From: a virus
Lineage: Duplodnaviria; Caudoviricetes
Virus record (IMG/VR): IMGVR_UViG_3300001598_002233
Span: 1 to 64,000 of that record
Strand: one strand, 5' to 3'
Length of the DNA: 64,000 nt
Numbering within the stretch: the first letter of the stretch is position 1; each line of letters begins with the position of its first letter. The notes under the pieces are model-generated. The model did no database searches. It had not been told where the DNA came from and saw nothing but the letters and a program-made list of their open reading frames with translations. This document shows positions 48,465-59,927 of this stretch, one piece after another. Made by a program: the position numbers and the translations under genes.

Positions 48465-50174
48465 ATGGAAATAATAAGAAAGAAAATATATCTTGAAGAC
48501 AGCAGATGCAGAACAAACAGCAATCTGCCCTTTATTCCATATAATGTAAGTGTAGAAGGACAAGATTGGACAGCAATCACCCAAAGTACAATTAATAAAG
48601 GAAGTTGGGGAAATTTTGCTGCTGACCTTTCTGGGGAAACCATACAAATGTCATATAAGGATTTTGATGGGGCATCAATAGTAGATACCACAAGTACTTG
48701 GGTGGGGAAAAGTAATGTTATCAGAACATTGGAATTGCTCAAAAGATACTATGATATTCTCAAAATATTAAGAAATGGTGAATATATAGAGGGAAAACAA
48801 AATGCTATGTGTGATACGGCCAGTACTTGGGACGGAAAGACCTATGTGAAGGTGGCTGTTATAAATGGCACCGCAGAGAAAACAATGCGTGATTATATTC
48901 CATATAATAGAGTGTGGTTCGATAAAAATGGAAATGAATTCATTAAAAAATATGGGGAAGCGTCAGCTAGTAGAAAAGTAAATCTGATATCGCCAACAGA
49001 ATATGAAGAATATCAAAAGTTAGGGGGGATGGGATTAGTTAGATATGTTGATGAATTGATAAATAGTTCAATAACTTGGTCTAATAAATATACAAAGCCT
49101 ACAATTGATATGGATATCTTCTTATCTCAAGATATGGCAGATGTTGGCGTGCTAACTACATATGAAACACTAACGCTACAAATTAATTCAATAGGTGCGG
49201 CACTTTTTGATAGCACAACTTTTTCAGTCCCAATGGTGCAAGCAATTGCAAGCAGTTCAACTTGGACTGATTTTAGCAGTATAACTGCAGAGTCAAGACT
49301 TCAAGAACTGCAATTAGAGTACAATATGTCTGATGATGAGACACTGTCAGGAGTATTTGAACCTTATTGTGGGGACACCTACTTCACCAAGGCAAAATAC
49401 AGTGGAGGAAAATGGAAATTAAATAACCCGACAGTACAAACAGGATTAACTTGTGGAGATGGAAAGTATATTGGCGATTTAGGTGAAAAAGAATACCAAA
49501 CATTTTCAACGCCGTCAGCATTACTTAGTGCGTTATCTACAGCACCAACAGTTAAAGATTATTGGTTTAAGATAAAGTATAAAGATAGTTTAGGTATTCC
49601 TTATAAAGTAAATGTACCATTTAATAGTATGCTTGTGGAAAGTGGAACAACAGGTGGTACATATGTGGGTGACTATATAACAGAAATTAAAGATGAGGGT
49701 TCTGCAATTACATTTACCTATGTAATGGGTGGCAGATTTATTGAGAGAGGAAAGAATATTACTCCAATAGTTAAAACTGGTGTTGTTTATACAGAAAAGT
49801 ACCCCTATAAGAAAGGTATTAGTGCCACTACGGTGTTAGATGGCTATAATGCAACTATTTATTATAATAAAATTGATTATGATGCAAATAAACAAACAAT
49901 ATATAATGGTGATTTGAACCTATATAGGCAAGCGATAATAAGCAACATAATAGGATATAATGTATATGACTTTTTAAGCGATAGTGGCGAAACAATAAAC
50001 GCTCCTTGCTTCTCACAGGAATACTTATTTGGAATGCCATTCCCCATCACTTCAGAAGTTGATGTTGAGGTTGATAGAGGAAGCAGCACGGCGTTTGAAA
50101 AGCATTTCAAGATTGCTGAATGCAATTCATTTGAAGACCTCGAAAATTACGGAAATAACTTTTTTAATATATAA
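48465..50174 (+). CDS. Virion structural protein, 569 aa
   Basis: Operon context; no motif recognised. Confidence 0.6.
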   Translation: MEIIRKKIYLEDSRCRTNSNLPFIPYNVSVEGQDWTAITQSTINKGSWGNFAADLSGETIQMSYKDFDGASIVDTTSTWVGKSNVIRTLELLKRYYDILKILRNGEYIEGKQNAMCDTASTWDGKTYVKVAVINGTAEKTMRDYIPYNRVWFDKNGNEFIKKYGEASASRKVNLISPTEYEEYQKLGGMGLVRYVDELINSSITWSNKYTKPTIDMDIFLSQDMADVGVLTTYETLTLQINSIGAALFDSTTFSVPMVQAIASSSTWTDFSSITAESRLQELQLEYNMSDDETLSGVFEPYCGDTYFTKAKYSGGKWKLNNPTVQTGLTCGDGKYIGDLGEKEYQTFSTPSALLSALSTAPTVKDYWFKIKYKDSLGIPYKVNVPFNSMLVESGTTGGTYVGDYITEIKDEGSAITFTYVMGGRFIERGKNITPIVKTGVVYTEKYPYKKGISATTVLDGYNATIYYNKIDYDANKQTIYNGDLNLYRQAIISNIIGYNVYDFLSDSGETINAPCFSQEYLFGMPFPITSEVDVEVDRGSSTAFEKHFKIAECNSFEDLENYGNNFFNI

Positions 50175-50179
50175 AGCAT

Positions 50180-51064
50180 ATGTCAGGAACTTATGGGACA
50201 ATACGTCCAGCAAATATAGATGTTAGTAAAGATGTTGAAATGTTTTACTATTATAGGCCTACAAGAGGCTCAGAATCACAGGACTTCAATGGATATAAGC
50301 CCCTTGATAGTTCATTCTTGGTAGGTGGCACTAAAGATAGTGACGGTACTGGTATTCTTGGAGTATATAATTTAAGATTACCTGTTGATAAGTTCAATAG
50401 GAAGGGCTTTTATAGCGTATATATTAGGCCAAAGGAGGTAATATGCAATATATTGGATGTTAGTGTGCTTGCTGCCTACCCTGATGTTAAAGGCATTGTT
50501 TTTAATTTAAGTGACTTAAATGGCTTGGGTATTTCTGATACTGACTTAACTGGCTACAGAATTGATTATTTTGACAATTCTGGTAATAGGACTGATACAA
50601 CAAGATTGATTACATCTTGCAATTATTGCGAGCCTGTTCTTGTCACAATTACTGACACTTATCCAAAGTCCACGAGATATAAATATACTGATAGTAGCAG
50701 TAATATGGTTTTCTGCACGGTAACACCGAGTTCTTCACTCAGTTTCAGGCCTAATATCGTGCCTTATATTGGTTATGCAGGGTGCAAGATTGCCTTGTCC
50801 AACACAAAGTTCAATCCAGTACTTCTTGACCTTGAAATGGTTGAACATGACATTGAGACAATCACGAATATGGTAGAAGGCGACCAAGTTAGGAATAGGG
50901 ATAAAGGTATTATTACCGTATTTAATGGCGATAAGGAAATTTACAAGCAACAGGAATACTACACTGTTAAGGATAAACTTGGAAATGCCCTATATGATGT
51001 TAAGAAAGGCAAGGATTCAATAGATAGTGGCGAATCATATGATAAAACGATAGACAATGTTTAA
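50180..51064 (+). CDS. Virion structural protein, 294 aa
   Basis: Operon context; no motif recognised. Confidence 0.6.
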   Translation: MSGTYGTIRPANIDVSKDVEMFYYYRPTRGSESQDFNGYKPLDSSFLVGGTKDSDGTGILGVYNLRLPVDKFNRKGFYSVYIRPKEVICNILDVSVLAAYPDVKGIVFNLSDLNGLGISDTDLTGYRIDYFDNSGNRTDTTRLITSCNYCEPVLVTITDTYPKSTRYKYTDSSSNMVFCTVTPSSSLSFRPNIVPYIGYAGCKIALSNTKFNPVLLDLEMVEHDIETITNMVEGDQVRNRDKGIITVFNGDKEIYKQQEYYTVKDKLGNALYDVKKGKDSIDSGESYDKTIDNV

Positions 51065-51066
51065 GT

Positions 51067-53883
51067 ATGGCAGAAAAATATAAAATAAAATCAGACTATA
51101 CTCTATTAAGAAAGAAGTCCCAAACAGTTGACGATGGTAATATCTATGAAAATGATATTATGACAATATCGCCAATGGCTGATTTATTCGATGATGGGCA
51201 AGTCCTATATGCCGATTCCAATTTTAGATTTAGTGTTAACAATAGCCTTAATTTAAAGAAAAAGCATACAAGAAATAGTTGGGAGAAAACCCCAAGTGGC
51301 AAAATTGAATGGACTTATTCTGATGTTGAGGATTCGCCTATTTCAGAAGAATCAGAGGTTAGAATTAAGCCAGATTATTCTCGATTAAATGACTTCGCTT
51401 ACTTTGGCTCTGCTGTAAAAATGGTGGAGGCTGCAGTAAATGATGTTGTTATGAACTTCCCTGCTGAACTTTATTTTACAGATAAAAAGATAGAGTTAAA
51501 TGGAACAACATACTATATAATATCTAATGATTTCCAGATTAATGCAGATATTCCTTATATTGGAGAGGATAATGTGCCTAATCCAATGAGATATCTTTGT
51601 AGTAAGATAGCAGATTACAATTATGTAACAAAGAGTGGTGCAGTGACTTCTGGCCTGACAATATCAATTACTCAAAATAGTGGATGGACTTGTGAGAATA
51701 ATGAAAAAGGTGGAATATTTGCTTCAGCGACGGTAAAAACCAATGGGGGTAAATTAGTTGATATCTATACATACCAAAAAAGTGACATTAAAACGTTACT
51801 TTATACAGATACAGCACTCAATGGTTGTAGTATTAGGCCTTCAGATGCTGTTGTTGATAGATTTTTCTATACAATAGACTTGTTTGAATTTGTACTATTG
51901 GACAGAACCAGTAACCCTATATATAAGGCAGTTTTTGAAACCCCATATCAGACGGAAACAGGTTTCTTCTATAAGATGAAATCCTATATATGGCCATCAA
52001 TAAATGGGTGGAATCCAGACTTAGCGTCTCAAGCATATACCAAGTATATTAATTCTTTAATTTCATTGGCTGATTTTTACGATGAGTATTATTCAGATAA
52101 CCTATGGAGAATGGGCACCCACGAGGCCATTAAGAACCTTGATTGGACATTTATGCGTGATAAGGGGGATACCATTGAGGACCTTTCTAATATAGATACG
52201 AGCAGAATTGAGCCTGCTATTCGTTTATATGGAAGGCAATTTGATGGCATTAAGAGATATATTGACAATATCAAGCATTCTAATCAGGTAACATATAATC
52301 AGAAAAACAATCTTCCAGATTATTGCCTAACAGATGTGGCAGGATTATCTGGGTGGGATGCTCTTGTCATTAAGCCAAAGGCACAATCAAATGTGGTTGG
52401 CGATATCATATATTCAGCAATGACCAAGGGGTTCTCAGAAGTTGATATGAACACTTATTTTATGAGGAACTTGAAGATTAATTCAAGGGCATTAATGTCA
52501 ATGAAGGGAACAAGAAAGGGCGTTGAGGCAATGCTTGGCCTTCTTGGAATAAGGGAAGATGAATACAAAATTCATGAGAAGATAGGTATTGCAAAAGGCG
52601 GAGATAAATGTGAATTCAGTGGAGCAACCCCTTCTTCAGCAAGTTCTGTTTACCCAACTTACGAAAGTATTAGACTAATCAATGAAAGAAAAGATAATTT
52701 CATATTCGGAGAAGAGGATATTCAAACCGATGAATTACAGGGATTGGCTGTTAAACAAGTTAAAGATTATGTTGTTCCTTGGTTTGACTCAAGTGTTGAA
52801 CACGATGGCGATTGGTATTTCCAATGCAAAGGCGGATGGGGAAAACGTAAGGATAAACAAATATACTTACCAGAACTAACCAATGTAACTGCAATAACAG
52901 CAACAGCAGATTTTCCTATATATGATGAAACAGAACCATATATGAAATTTGCAACCGATATAAGTGAAATGCTTCACTATTTACCAGGAGAAGTTAAGGC
53001 AGGTGATGTTTGCTATGTAAACGATGTTACCGATATTGACACATATAAGGAATATGATAGTATTAAGTCAGAAATAACAGCAAGCGGCATTTCTCATTAT
53101 TTCATATTAAAAGATGTGAATAGAAGTACTTATTTTGGTGAAGATGGATGGAAATATATTACCGTTACCGAAATAAGAACAGCATCATCTACCAATGGAA
53201 AGAAGGTTGTTTATTTGGAAAGCCTTGTAGATAAGACAGAGGGTAATAATCCACATATAGGAAAGGGTGAATATGACGATGGACGTGAATATATTGATTA
53301 TTTGGACAATATATTCAAAAATGCCATTGAAACAAGTGGAATGTCATTATTCACAAAGACCGATATAGATAATATAAAGAAATATTACAAGTTTAATATC
53401 AGTGGTGCCACTGATGATATTAAGTGTTGGTATTTCTTAAATGCTACAGGAAACAATTACACATCGTCAATAGACAAATTAAAGGATGAGACAATATCAA
53501 ATGAAGATAAAAATACACAATTCATAAACCCAGAAAGTGGTGATAAACGATTAATTGCTGCAGCAAATTCCGTGGTAAATCTTAAAAATATGGAGATTGT
53601 CTTCGATTATCCTAAAGTATTCAGTGGAATTACAGCATTAAAACAAGAGTGGAAGCAATATATTGACAATATTGCAATGGAATATGTAAAACAAATGCTT
53701 CCTTCTACTACAATATTGGAATATTATATGTCAGGAGAAACTACTTATTCAGTAGCAATACCGATTGATGATACTAATCCATATAGCACTGCTAATAAGG
53801 TATATGGTATTACCTATACAGATATGGATGCTGCAGACGGAAACGACTCTTCGAATACGAATAAAATTATTAAAAAATCATAA
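51067..53883 (+). CDS. Baseplate/tail protein, 938 aa
   Basis: Segment FMRNLKINSRALMSMKGTRKGVEAMLGLLG resembles wedge (gp7/tail-I-like) signature; operon context. Confidence 0.55.
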   Translation: MAEKYKIKSDYTLLRKKSQTVDDGNIYENDIMTISPMADLFDDGQVLYADSNFRFSVNNSLNLKKKHTRNSWEKTPSGKIEWTYSDVEDSPISEESEVRIKPDYSRLNDFAYFGSAVKMVEAAVNDVVMNFPAELYFTDKKIELNGTTYYIISNDFQINADIPYIGEDNVPNPMRYLCSKIADYNYVTKSGAVTSGLTISITQNSGWTCENNEKGGIFASATVKTNGGKLVDIYTYQKSDIKTLLYTDTALNGCSIRPSDAVVDRFFYTIDLFEFVLLDRTSNPIYKAVFETPYQTETGFFYKMKSYIWPSINGWNPDLASQAYTKYINSLISLADFYDEYYSDNLWRMGTHEAIKNLDWTFMRDKGDTIEDLSNIDTSRIEPAIRLYGRQFDGIKRYIDNIKHSNQVTYNQKNNLPDYCLTDVAGLSGWDALVIKPKAQSNVVGDIIYSAMTKGFSEVDMNTYFMRNLKINSRALMSMKGTRKGVEAMLGLLGIREDEYKIHEKIGIAKGGDKCEFSGATPSSASSVYPTYESIRLINERKDNFIFGEEDIQTDELQGLAVKQVKDYVVPWFDSSVEHDGDWYFQCKGGWGKRKDKQIYLPELTNVTAITATADFPIYDETEPYMKFATDISEMLHYLPGEVKAGDVCYVNDVTDIDTYKEYDSIKSEITASGISHYFILKDVNRSTYFGEDGWKYITVTEIRTASSTNGKKVVYLESLVDKTEGNNPHIGKGEYDDGREYIDYLDNIFKNAIETSGMSLFTKTDIDNIKKYYKFNISGATDDIKCWYFLNATGNNYTSSIDKLKDETISNEDKNTQFINPESGDKRLIAAANSVVNLKNMEIVFDYPKVFSGITALKQEWKQYIDNIAMEYVKQMLPSTTILEYYMSGETTYSVAIPIDDTNPYSTANKVYGITYTDMDAADGNDSSNTNKIIKKS

Positions 53884-53886
53884 TAT

Positions 53887-56800
53887 ATGGCAAGAATATT
53901 TAGTTGGAAAGTAAAAGATGAATATGCATATTTGGGTAAAGTGGGATTGGTTAAAGAGTGGTTCCACCAAACGACTCAGATAACGGACAACAATGAGTTG
54001 AGTGCAATTTCAAGAACGGTGATGACATACTCTGAAGAAGAGTATAAATCGTTGTTCAATTCAATGGCTGCTTGGGCAACAGGCAAGGGTGTTTCATTAG
54101 AGCCATATAACTACTATTATGATGTTGCAGGAAGCCTCCTTATGTTGATTGGGCCTGAAGGACAACAAGGTGTTCAAGGAAAAGAGGGACAGCAAGGTAT
54201 TTCAGGCGCTACTGGTGCGGCAGGCAAAGGCCGTAATGTAATTTGTTATAGGTCAACGCCAGAAAGTGCAACAACGCTACAAGCCCCAACAGGGGGTAGT
54301 TTTAATCCTGATAAGTGGGATATTGAATACCCCTATTCGCCAGAAGACGGCAAGCAATGGCAGGATTCAAGCGAGTTTGGTGAGGGAAAAAAGGTATGGA
54401 TGTCAAATGCAGACTTTGATAATAATGGATATAATCTTCACGGATGGGTAAAACCTATATGTATATCGGGCCCAAAGGGTGATAATGGTGCTGATGGCGA
54501 TAATACAGAGTTTATATATAAGAGAACAAAAGAAAGAACTGAACTTCCAGTTCCTAATCCTCCTACAGGTACAACAGAAGAAGAAGCGAAAACACAGGGA
54601 TGGACGGACCATCCTATGGGAATTGGGGTCGATAGCGGCACTGGCGTTTTCTATAAAGCAGAATGGCTATCTTATCACACAAAAGATGAACACGGCGTTT
54701 GGGGAACGTGGAGCACGGCGGTTCTTTGGTCCTCATGGGGCGAAGATGGTGCTGATGGTGATGGTATTGAATATATCTATGCAGTAACATCTACTAATTA
54801 TGACCCGCCAAAAGAAAGTATCCCTGGTAACCCTGCAGCGCCACACTATGATGACCTTATGCTACATTGGCAAGAGCCTGAAATATGGGATTATATTGTA
54901 TCTAATCATTGGGAAGAAGACTACAAATTTGTGGATGAATCTGGTGTAACAAGATTTTGGACAGACGACCCAAGTGATGTTTCAGACACTGAACCTTACG
55001 AATGGGTTAGTATGAGGAAAAAGAAATGGGACGCTACACAAGAGGCTGGCATATTTGGCAAATTTGAAGACCCAAAGTTATGGGCACACTGGGGAAAAGA
55101 TGGAGAACCAGGAAAGGATGGTACTTCTTTAAATGTTAAAGGAAAATATGATAGTCTATATTCAGTTCTTAAAAAATTAGAAGACGATTCTGCCTTCCCT
55201 CCTGCTGTAGGCGATTCATATGCCATCAGTGCAAATACTGGCGAAGTACATATGTGGGTATGGATGGAAGTGACAACAGAAGGTAGAACTCTATATGATA
55301 GATTTCCTAAGGCTGGAGTAGATTACACTAATTACTATTATACAGTAGAGGCAAAGCCTTATTGGTTTGTTGATTGTGGAAAATTCCAAGGAGAAGATGG
55401 TAAAACAGCATATCTTCATATAAAATATGCAACAGATTGGGATGGAGTTCCCTCACATATTCATAGTGCTGCCACAATTGCTCGCGTCGGTGTTGTTGAC
55501 ATTATGTTCACAGACCAAGACAAGGCAGAAAAGGGTGAAACCCCTGGCCCCTATGTAGCACAATATTCTGATAATATTTATACAGATAATGACAATTTGG
55601 AATTTTATTGTGAAAACAATCTTTGGGTTAAGTATGAAGGTGATGATGGACAAAGTTTTGGACAAGAACAAGTATTCTTCAGAACATTTGGAAATGAACT
55701 ACCAAGTAATTTCTATTATAAACTGAAAGATGGGGATATATTACACGGCTTTAAGGCAGGTGATACCATTCTTTCAGGATTTACATACCCTGCAGAAGCA
55801 TTTACGACTTCGGATTGGGTGCCTACGGTTGGTAGTGGTGCAGATGGGTGGACAGATAGACCTAAGGGACTTGAAGATAATAAATATAACTTTGAATGGG
55901 TGGCCACAAGAAGGCTTATAGATAAAAATATAGAGCCAGAATTTGGTGGGGAGTGGTCTTATTTTGGAGAACCAAGAATATATACCCAAGCAACTGATAC
56001 AGAAAGAACACAGATAGAATATACGACATATTCTGGTGATTTGCGTTCAGTTAAGTTCGATAAATTTACAGGTGAAGCATATCCTTTAACAACTGCAGAT
56101 GAAACAGCGTGGAGAAATAAATATAGCACTTATGGAACATGGTCAGACAATGCAAAAGATGCTGTGTGGAAATTAACCTGTTATGCTATTATAAAGAGTA
56201 AGGAAAAAGGCGTTGCGGGTAAGACAGAGTGGTCAGACTGGAAGGTAGAAAAAATAAAGGGTGCAACTGAATTTGCTGCATTTGCTTATGTTTCTTTACC
56301 AGAAGGTGTTAATATCAGTAATATACAGCCTAAAAACGGTACATTTACCAATCCTATTCCAGACAAGCAAACAGCAAGTTCATATACAATTACTTGGAAA
56401 GATGTTCCAGAAGGAAAAGTCAATGAAGTCCTATGGATGACAAAAGCAATGTTCACATCAGAAGAGCCCACAAGACCAATTACTTCAACAACATTGCTAT
56501 ATGGATGGTCACTACCAAGTGTTTTGGCTGATACCAATGATTTCGAGGTAATGTATGCTAGTTTTAGTGGTGAGCCTTATCAGATTAGCGCTATTACTGG
56601 CTTTAAAAAGATAGGAAAAGACATTGATACAAATTGGCTAACTAGGGCAAATGCTAAGGGATGGTTTGATGAAGTTCACGAGGTTACTGGTGGTGATATT
56701 ACCTATATGGCACAAATCAGGGGCATAAACAATAAATTTGAAGATAAGGATTGGCAAATAACCAGAATTAAGGGGGCAACAGAGTTTGTCTCGTATGCTT

Positions 56801-59343
56801 ATTTTGCTGCAGATGAAGGTGTAATACTCTCAGGACTAACTCCAACAGGAGGAACATATGACAACCCAATACCTGGAAATAATACAGTTACATATACTTT
56901 TAGCGGAAAGACTTACACAGTAACAGTTAAATGGACAGATGGCCCCAAGGCAGAGCCAGGACAAATACTTTGGATGACCAAGGCAAGTTTCAAATCGTCA
57001 GTCAGTGGCCCTTCCAAGGCATGGACAACACCTACTTCAATGGCTGACACCAATGATTTCGAGGTGATGTATGGTGCGTTTAATGGAGACCCTTATCCTC
57101 TTAGTGCAGTTACTGGATTTAAGAAAATAGGGCTCGCCATAGACCCTGTTTGGTATGCAGCAGCAAAGGCAAAGGGGTGGTATGATGATGTATGGGAGGT
57201 AACAGCAGCAACGCACTCAGCGGCAACCCATATGGCAACAATCAAGGGAACAAATAACTCGTTCAAAGATAAGGATTGGCAGATATCAAAAGTAAAGGGT
57301 GAAAGTGGTGATACTAAATTTATTTCATTTGTATATGCACTATTGCCAGAAGGTATAGAAGAAATGACAGGAATAACGCCAACAGGTGGTACATTTGCAA
57401 GCCCGAAGCCTACGGCACCTACAGGTGTTACTCATAAAGGTACAACATATCCTATTACTTGGACAGATGGCCCCACAGGAGGTGGAAATGGAAAGGCTCT
57501 ATGGATGTCTAAGGCTACTTTTGATAGTGCAACCCCAAGTTCGCCTATAACACCAGGTTGGTCAAAACCAACATTGTTGGCTGATACAGAGGATTTCGAG
57601 GTGATGTATGGCGCATTTACAGGAACCCCAGAACCAATGCCTTCAGGATTCACTAAAGTAGGTGTAACGATTGATGCTACATGGTATGCAGCAGCAAAAG
57701 CAAAGGGTTGGTATGACGATGTGGATGAAGTAACAGCAGCAACTCATTCAGCCGTAACGCATCAAGCACAAATTAAGGGCAAGAACAATAAGTTCAATGA
57801 TGGGGATTGGCAGATATTTAAGGTTAAGGGTGAAGATGGACAGTCTGGTAAGTCAGATGTTGATTGGTTGAAGGAAGTATTTGGCTCTGGGGTTACTGTA
57901 AATCCAGATGAGGCTGCATTAAAGGGGCTAATTGGCGTTGTGGATAGTGCAAATAATGTCAAGGCATTTATGAATGGAAAATCAGCATATTCAAGTGCTA
58001 AAGACGGAACGCTGATGATTGCAGCAGGTGTTGAAGGAATGTCTGACCCCAATACTGCCAAATTCAGAGTTTATGAAAATGGAACAATATATGCTGAGAA
58101 TGCTAACATTCAAGGTACAGTTAATGCAACCAATGGATATATTGGAGGCATTGAAATTGGAGCTGGAGGATTATCTTCTGCAAATTTCGGTCTTTCAAGT
58201 GATGGTAAAGTTACTGCTAGTGATATTAATATTAATAACGATAATATTACAATAGACAATAGCGGTATCGTTTTCAAAAATGCGGGATTACCAGCTCTTT
58301 CTGTAAATGCAAAGACCTATAATTCAAGTTCTGAATGGATTACGACGGGTTCAACAGCATCTACTTCTTATTCTGCAATAACAGTATGGTCTGGACAAGG
58401 CACAAATGTTGTGCAGAAGGGTGCAGAATGGCAGTGGTCTACCAATTATGAGACTCCGTATGTTATTTCGGCGGGAACGCTGAATATAAGCAGTTATTCG
58501 AAATTAAAAATATCGGGAAAAATAAATTATTATTTAACCCCATATAATGTAGGAGGTGCATATGGTGATGGTCGTGCTTCAATAAGTTCAAACATGGGTT
58601 TTCATTTTATATCAGGCGATTCAGGATATGATGTATGGGAGACAAAAATTTTGAACGCTTATTATTATTCAACAATTAACTGTGGTGTAACTTTTACAAA
58701 AGAGTTATTAATTCCTGCTGGTGTTTATAATTTTGTTATAAGCGATAATGCTACTTTGGGAATGATGGTAATTCCTCAATTACCAGATACTGCAGGAACA
58801 TATTCTGGCAAATGGGAAATTGGAATTACAGGATTAGAAATCACGGTAACACCACAGCAGGATTATACGGAAATATTCAAAAATGGATTTGGAACGAAGG
58901 CTGATGTAAATAATTATTTCTTTGTTTGCAAAGACTCTACAGATAATAAAATAACTTTTGAAGTTGTTAGTGACGGTAAGAAGATGATTTTGGACGAAAC
59001 AGGCTTAAAGTTGGCTCCAAAGAAACTTACCAAGATAACAACTAATGGTGTAGGATTATCTTCGTGTACAAAATACGAAGAAATTATATGGGATGTTCCT
59101 GTTGATGATAGTGAAATAATACTACCTTCAAGTGCTAATATGAAAGATGGAGAGATAATTTATTTAAATACAACAGGTAATATATATAAACTGAAATGCT
59201 CTTCTCGTACATGGATTGGTGTTGGAGATACAAGAGGATGGTATAACAGTGGCAATTATTCTCCGATGATACGCGGAGTCACTGTTGTAAAAATAATAAG
59301 AATGGGCACAGATATGTATGCCTTTATTACCAAATATCCTTAA
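53887..59343 (+). CDS. Tail fibre / receptor-binding protein with collagen-like triplets and tandem repeats, 1818 aa
   Basis: GPEGQQGVQGKEGQQGISGATGAAGKG, recurrent (K)GEDG/GADG junctions, three ~175-aa repeats, beta-rich C-terminus. Confidence 0.8.
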   Translation: MARIFSWKVKDEYAYLGKVGLVKEWFHQTTQITDNNELSAISRTVMTYSEEEYKSLFNSMAAWATGKGVSLEPYNYYYDVAGSLLMLIGPEGQQGVQGKEGQQGISGATGAAGKGRNVICYRSTPESATTLQAPTGGSFNPDKWDIEYPYSPEDGKQWQDSSEFGEGKKVWMSNADFDNNGYNLHGWVKPICISGPKGDNGADGDNTEFIYKRTKERTELPVPNPPTGTTEEEAKTQGWTDHPMGIGVDSGTGVFYKAEWLSYHTKDEHGVWGTWSTAVLWSSWGEDGADGDGIEYIYAVTSTNYDPPKESIPGNPAAPHYDDLMLHWQEPEIWDYIVSNHWEEDYKFVDESGVTRFWTDDPSDVSDTEPYEWVSMRKKKWDATQEAGIFGKFEDPKLWAHWGKDGEPGKDGTSLNVKGKYDSLYSVLKKLEDDSAFPPAVGDSYAISANTGEVHMWVWMEVTTEGRTLYDRFPKAGVDYTNYYYTVEAKPYWFVDCGKFQGEDGKTAYLHIKYATDWDGVPSHIHSAATIARVGVVDIMFTDQDKAEKGETPGPYVAQYSDNIYTDNDNLEFYCENNLWVKYEGDDGQSFGQEQVFFRTFGNELPSNFYYKLKDGDILHGFKAGDTILSGFTYPAEAFTTSDWVPTVGSGADGWTDRPKGLEDNKYNFEWVATRRLIDKNIEPEFGGEWSYFGEPRIYTQATDTERTQIEYTTYSGDLRSVKFDKFTGEAYPLTTADETAWRNKYSTYGTWSDNAKDAVWKLTCYAIIKSKEKGVAGKTEWSDWKVEKIKGATEFAAFAYVSLPEGVNISNIQPKNGTFTNPIPDKQTASSYTITWKDVPEGKVNEVLWMTKAMFTSEEPTRPITSTTLLYGWSLPSVLADTNDFEVMYASFSGEPYQISAITGFKKIGKDIDTNWLTRANAKGWFDEVHEVTGGDITYMAQIRGINNKFEDKDWQITRIKGATEFVSYAYFAADEGVILSGLTPTGGTYDNPIPGNNTVTYTFSGKTYTVTVKWTDGPKAEPGQILWMTKASFKSSVSGPSKAWTTPTSMADTNDFEVMYGAFNGDPYPLSAVTGFKKIGLAIDPVWYAAAKAKGWYDDVWEVTAATHSAATHMATIKGTNNSFKDKDWQISKVKGESGDTKFISFVYALLPEGIEEMTGITPTGGTFASPKPTAPTGVTHKGTTYPITWTDGPTGGGNGKALWMSKATFDSATPSSPITPGWSKPTLLADTEDFEVMYGAFTGTPEPMPSGFTKVGVTIDATWYAAAKAKGWYDDVDEVTAATHSAVTHQAQIKGKNNKFNDGDWQIFKVKGEDGQSGKSDVDWLKEVFGSGVTVNPDEAALKGLIGVVDSANNVKAFMNGKSAYSSAKDGTLMIAAGVEGMSDPNTAKFRVYENGTIYAENANIQGTVNATNGYIGGIEIGAGGLSSANFGLSSDGKVTASDININNDNITIDNSGIVFKNAGLPALSVNAKTYNSSSEWITTGSTASTSYSAITVWSGQGTNVVQKGAEWQWSTNYETPYVISAGTLNISSYSKLKISGKINYYLTPYNVGGAYGDGRASISSNMGFHFISGDSGYDVWETKILNAYYYSTINCGVTFTKELLIPAGVYNFVISDNATLGMMVIPQLPDTAGTYSGKWEIGITGLEITVTPQQDYTEIFKNGFGTKADVNNYFFVCKDSTDNKITFEVVSDGKKMILDETGLKLAPKKLTKITTNGVGLSSCTKYEEIIWDVPVDDSEIILPSSANMKDGEIIYLNTTGNIYKLKCSSRTWIGVGDTRGWYNSGNYSPMIRGVTVVKIIRMGTDMYAFITKYP
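56239..57810 (+). repeat. Three tandem coding repeats of 171, 175 and 177 aa in tail fibre
   Basis: Unit boundaries at W codons 56239, 56752, 57277, 57808; shared DT(N/E)DFEVMY and AKAKGW(F/Y)D motifs. Confidence 0.9.
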
Positions 59344-59346
59344 TAG

Positions 59347-59378
59347 AAAATCCCACTCGAAACTGAGTGGGATTTTTG
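59347..59378. terminator. Bidirectional intrinsic terminator between convergent genes
   Basis: aaaatcccactc-gaaact-gagtgggatttt. Confidence 0.9.
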
Positions 59379-59380
59379 TT

Positions 59381-59845
59381 TTAGAATCCTTTCTTTTTAG
59401 ATTTCTTTGATTCTTTTTCTTCCTTTTCCTTATCCTTTATCTGTTGCAAAGTAAGGGCTGCAAGTTGAAGTTTCTGAACAGCGATATCCTTATACTTATC
59501 ATAGATTCCGAGAGGGAGAGTAATTTTCGGTTCAGCACCAATGATGAGTTTTCCCTTCTCAATGTCATAAGCAACCTGACAGAGGGCGTTCTCAATCCAG
59601 AACTTCTGTGTCTGTTCGTCCACAAGGTCAAACGCCTTCTCGTAAATATAGACGTCAATCATGTCTTCGCCATCAAGAGCGACTTCCATAGGTTCTGATG
59701 TCTTCTTTACCTTAATAACTTCCTTTGATGATTTAAGCATATTGAATACCTTCATTTCAACATACTTTCCAATACCGCAATCATCAGCAACGGTCTTTAC
59801 AAGTGCAACATAATCTTCACTTGCTTCAATAAGATTTCTTGCCAT
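59381..59845 (-). CDS. Hypothetical protein, 154 aa
   Basis: Clean ORF with A/T-rich leader and TGTATATT motif upstream on minus strand. Confidence 0.75.
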   Translation of the reverse strand: MARNLIEASEDYVALVKTVADDCGIGKYVEMKVFNMLKSSKEVIKVKKTSEPMEVALDGEDMIDVYIYEKAFDLVDEQTQKFWIENALCQVAYDIEKGKLIIGAEPKITLPLGIYDKYKDIAVQKLQLAALTLQQIKDKEKEEKESKKSKKKGF

Positions 59846-59927
59846 AAAATTTAATTTATTAGTTGATTATTATTAGAATTTTCGTTATATTTTTAGTGAA
59901 TATACAGAAAAAAAACTTAAAATCCAA

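Noticed and set aside
58300-59343. Diversity-generating retroelement target at tail-fibre C-terminus
   Set aside because: No template-repeat copy, adenine-specific mismatch pair or reverse transcriptase seen in the window; cannot exclude one elsewhere
59381-59845. Phage metallopeptidase-like assignment
   Set aside because: Region where HExxH would be reads IENAL; no catalytic motif, so left hypothetical
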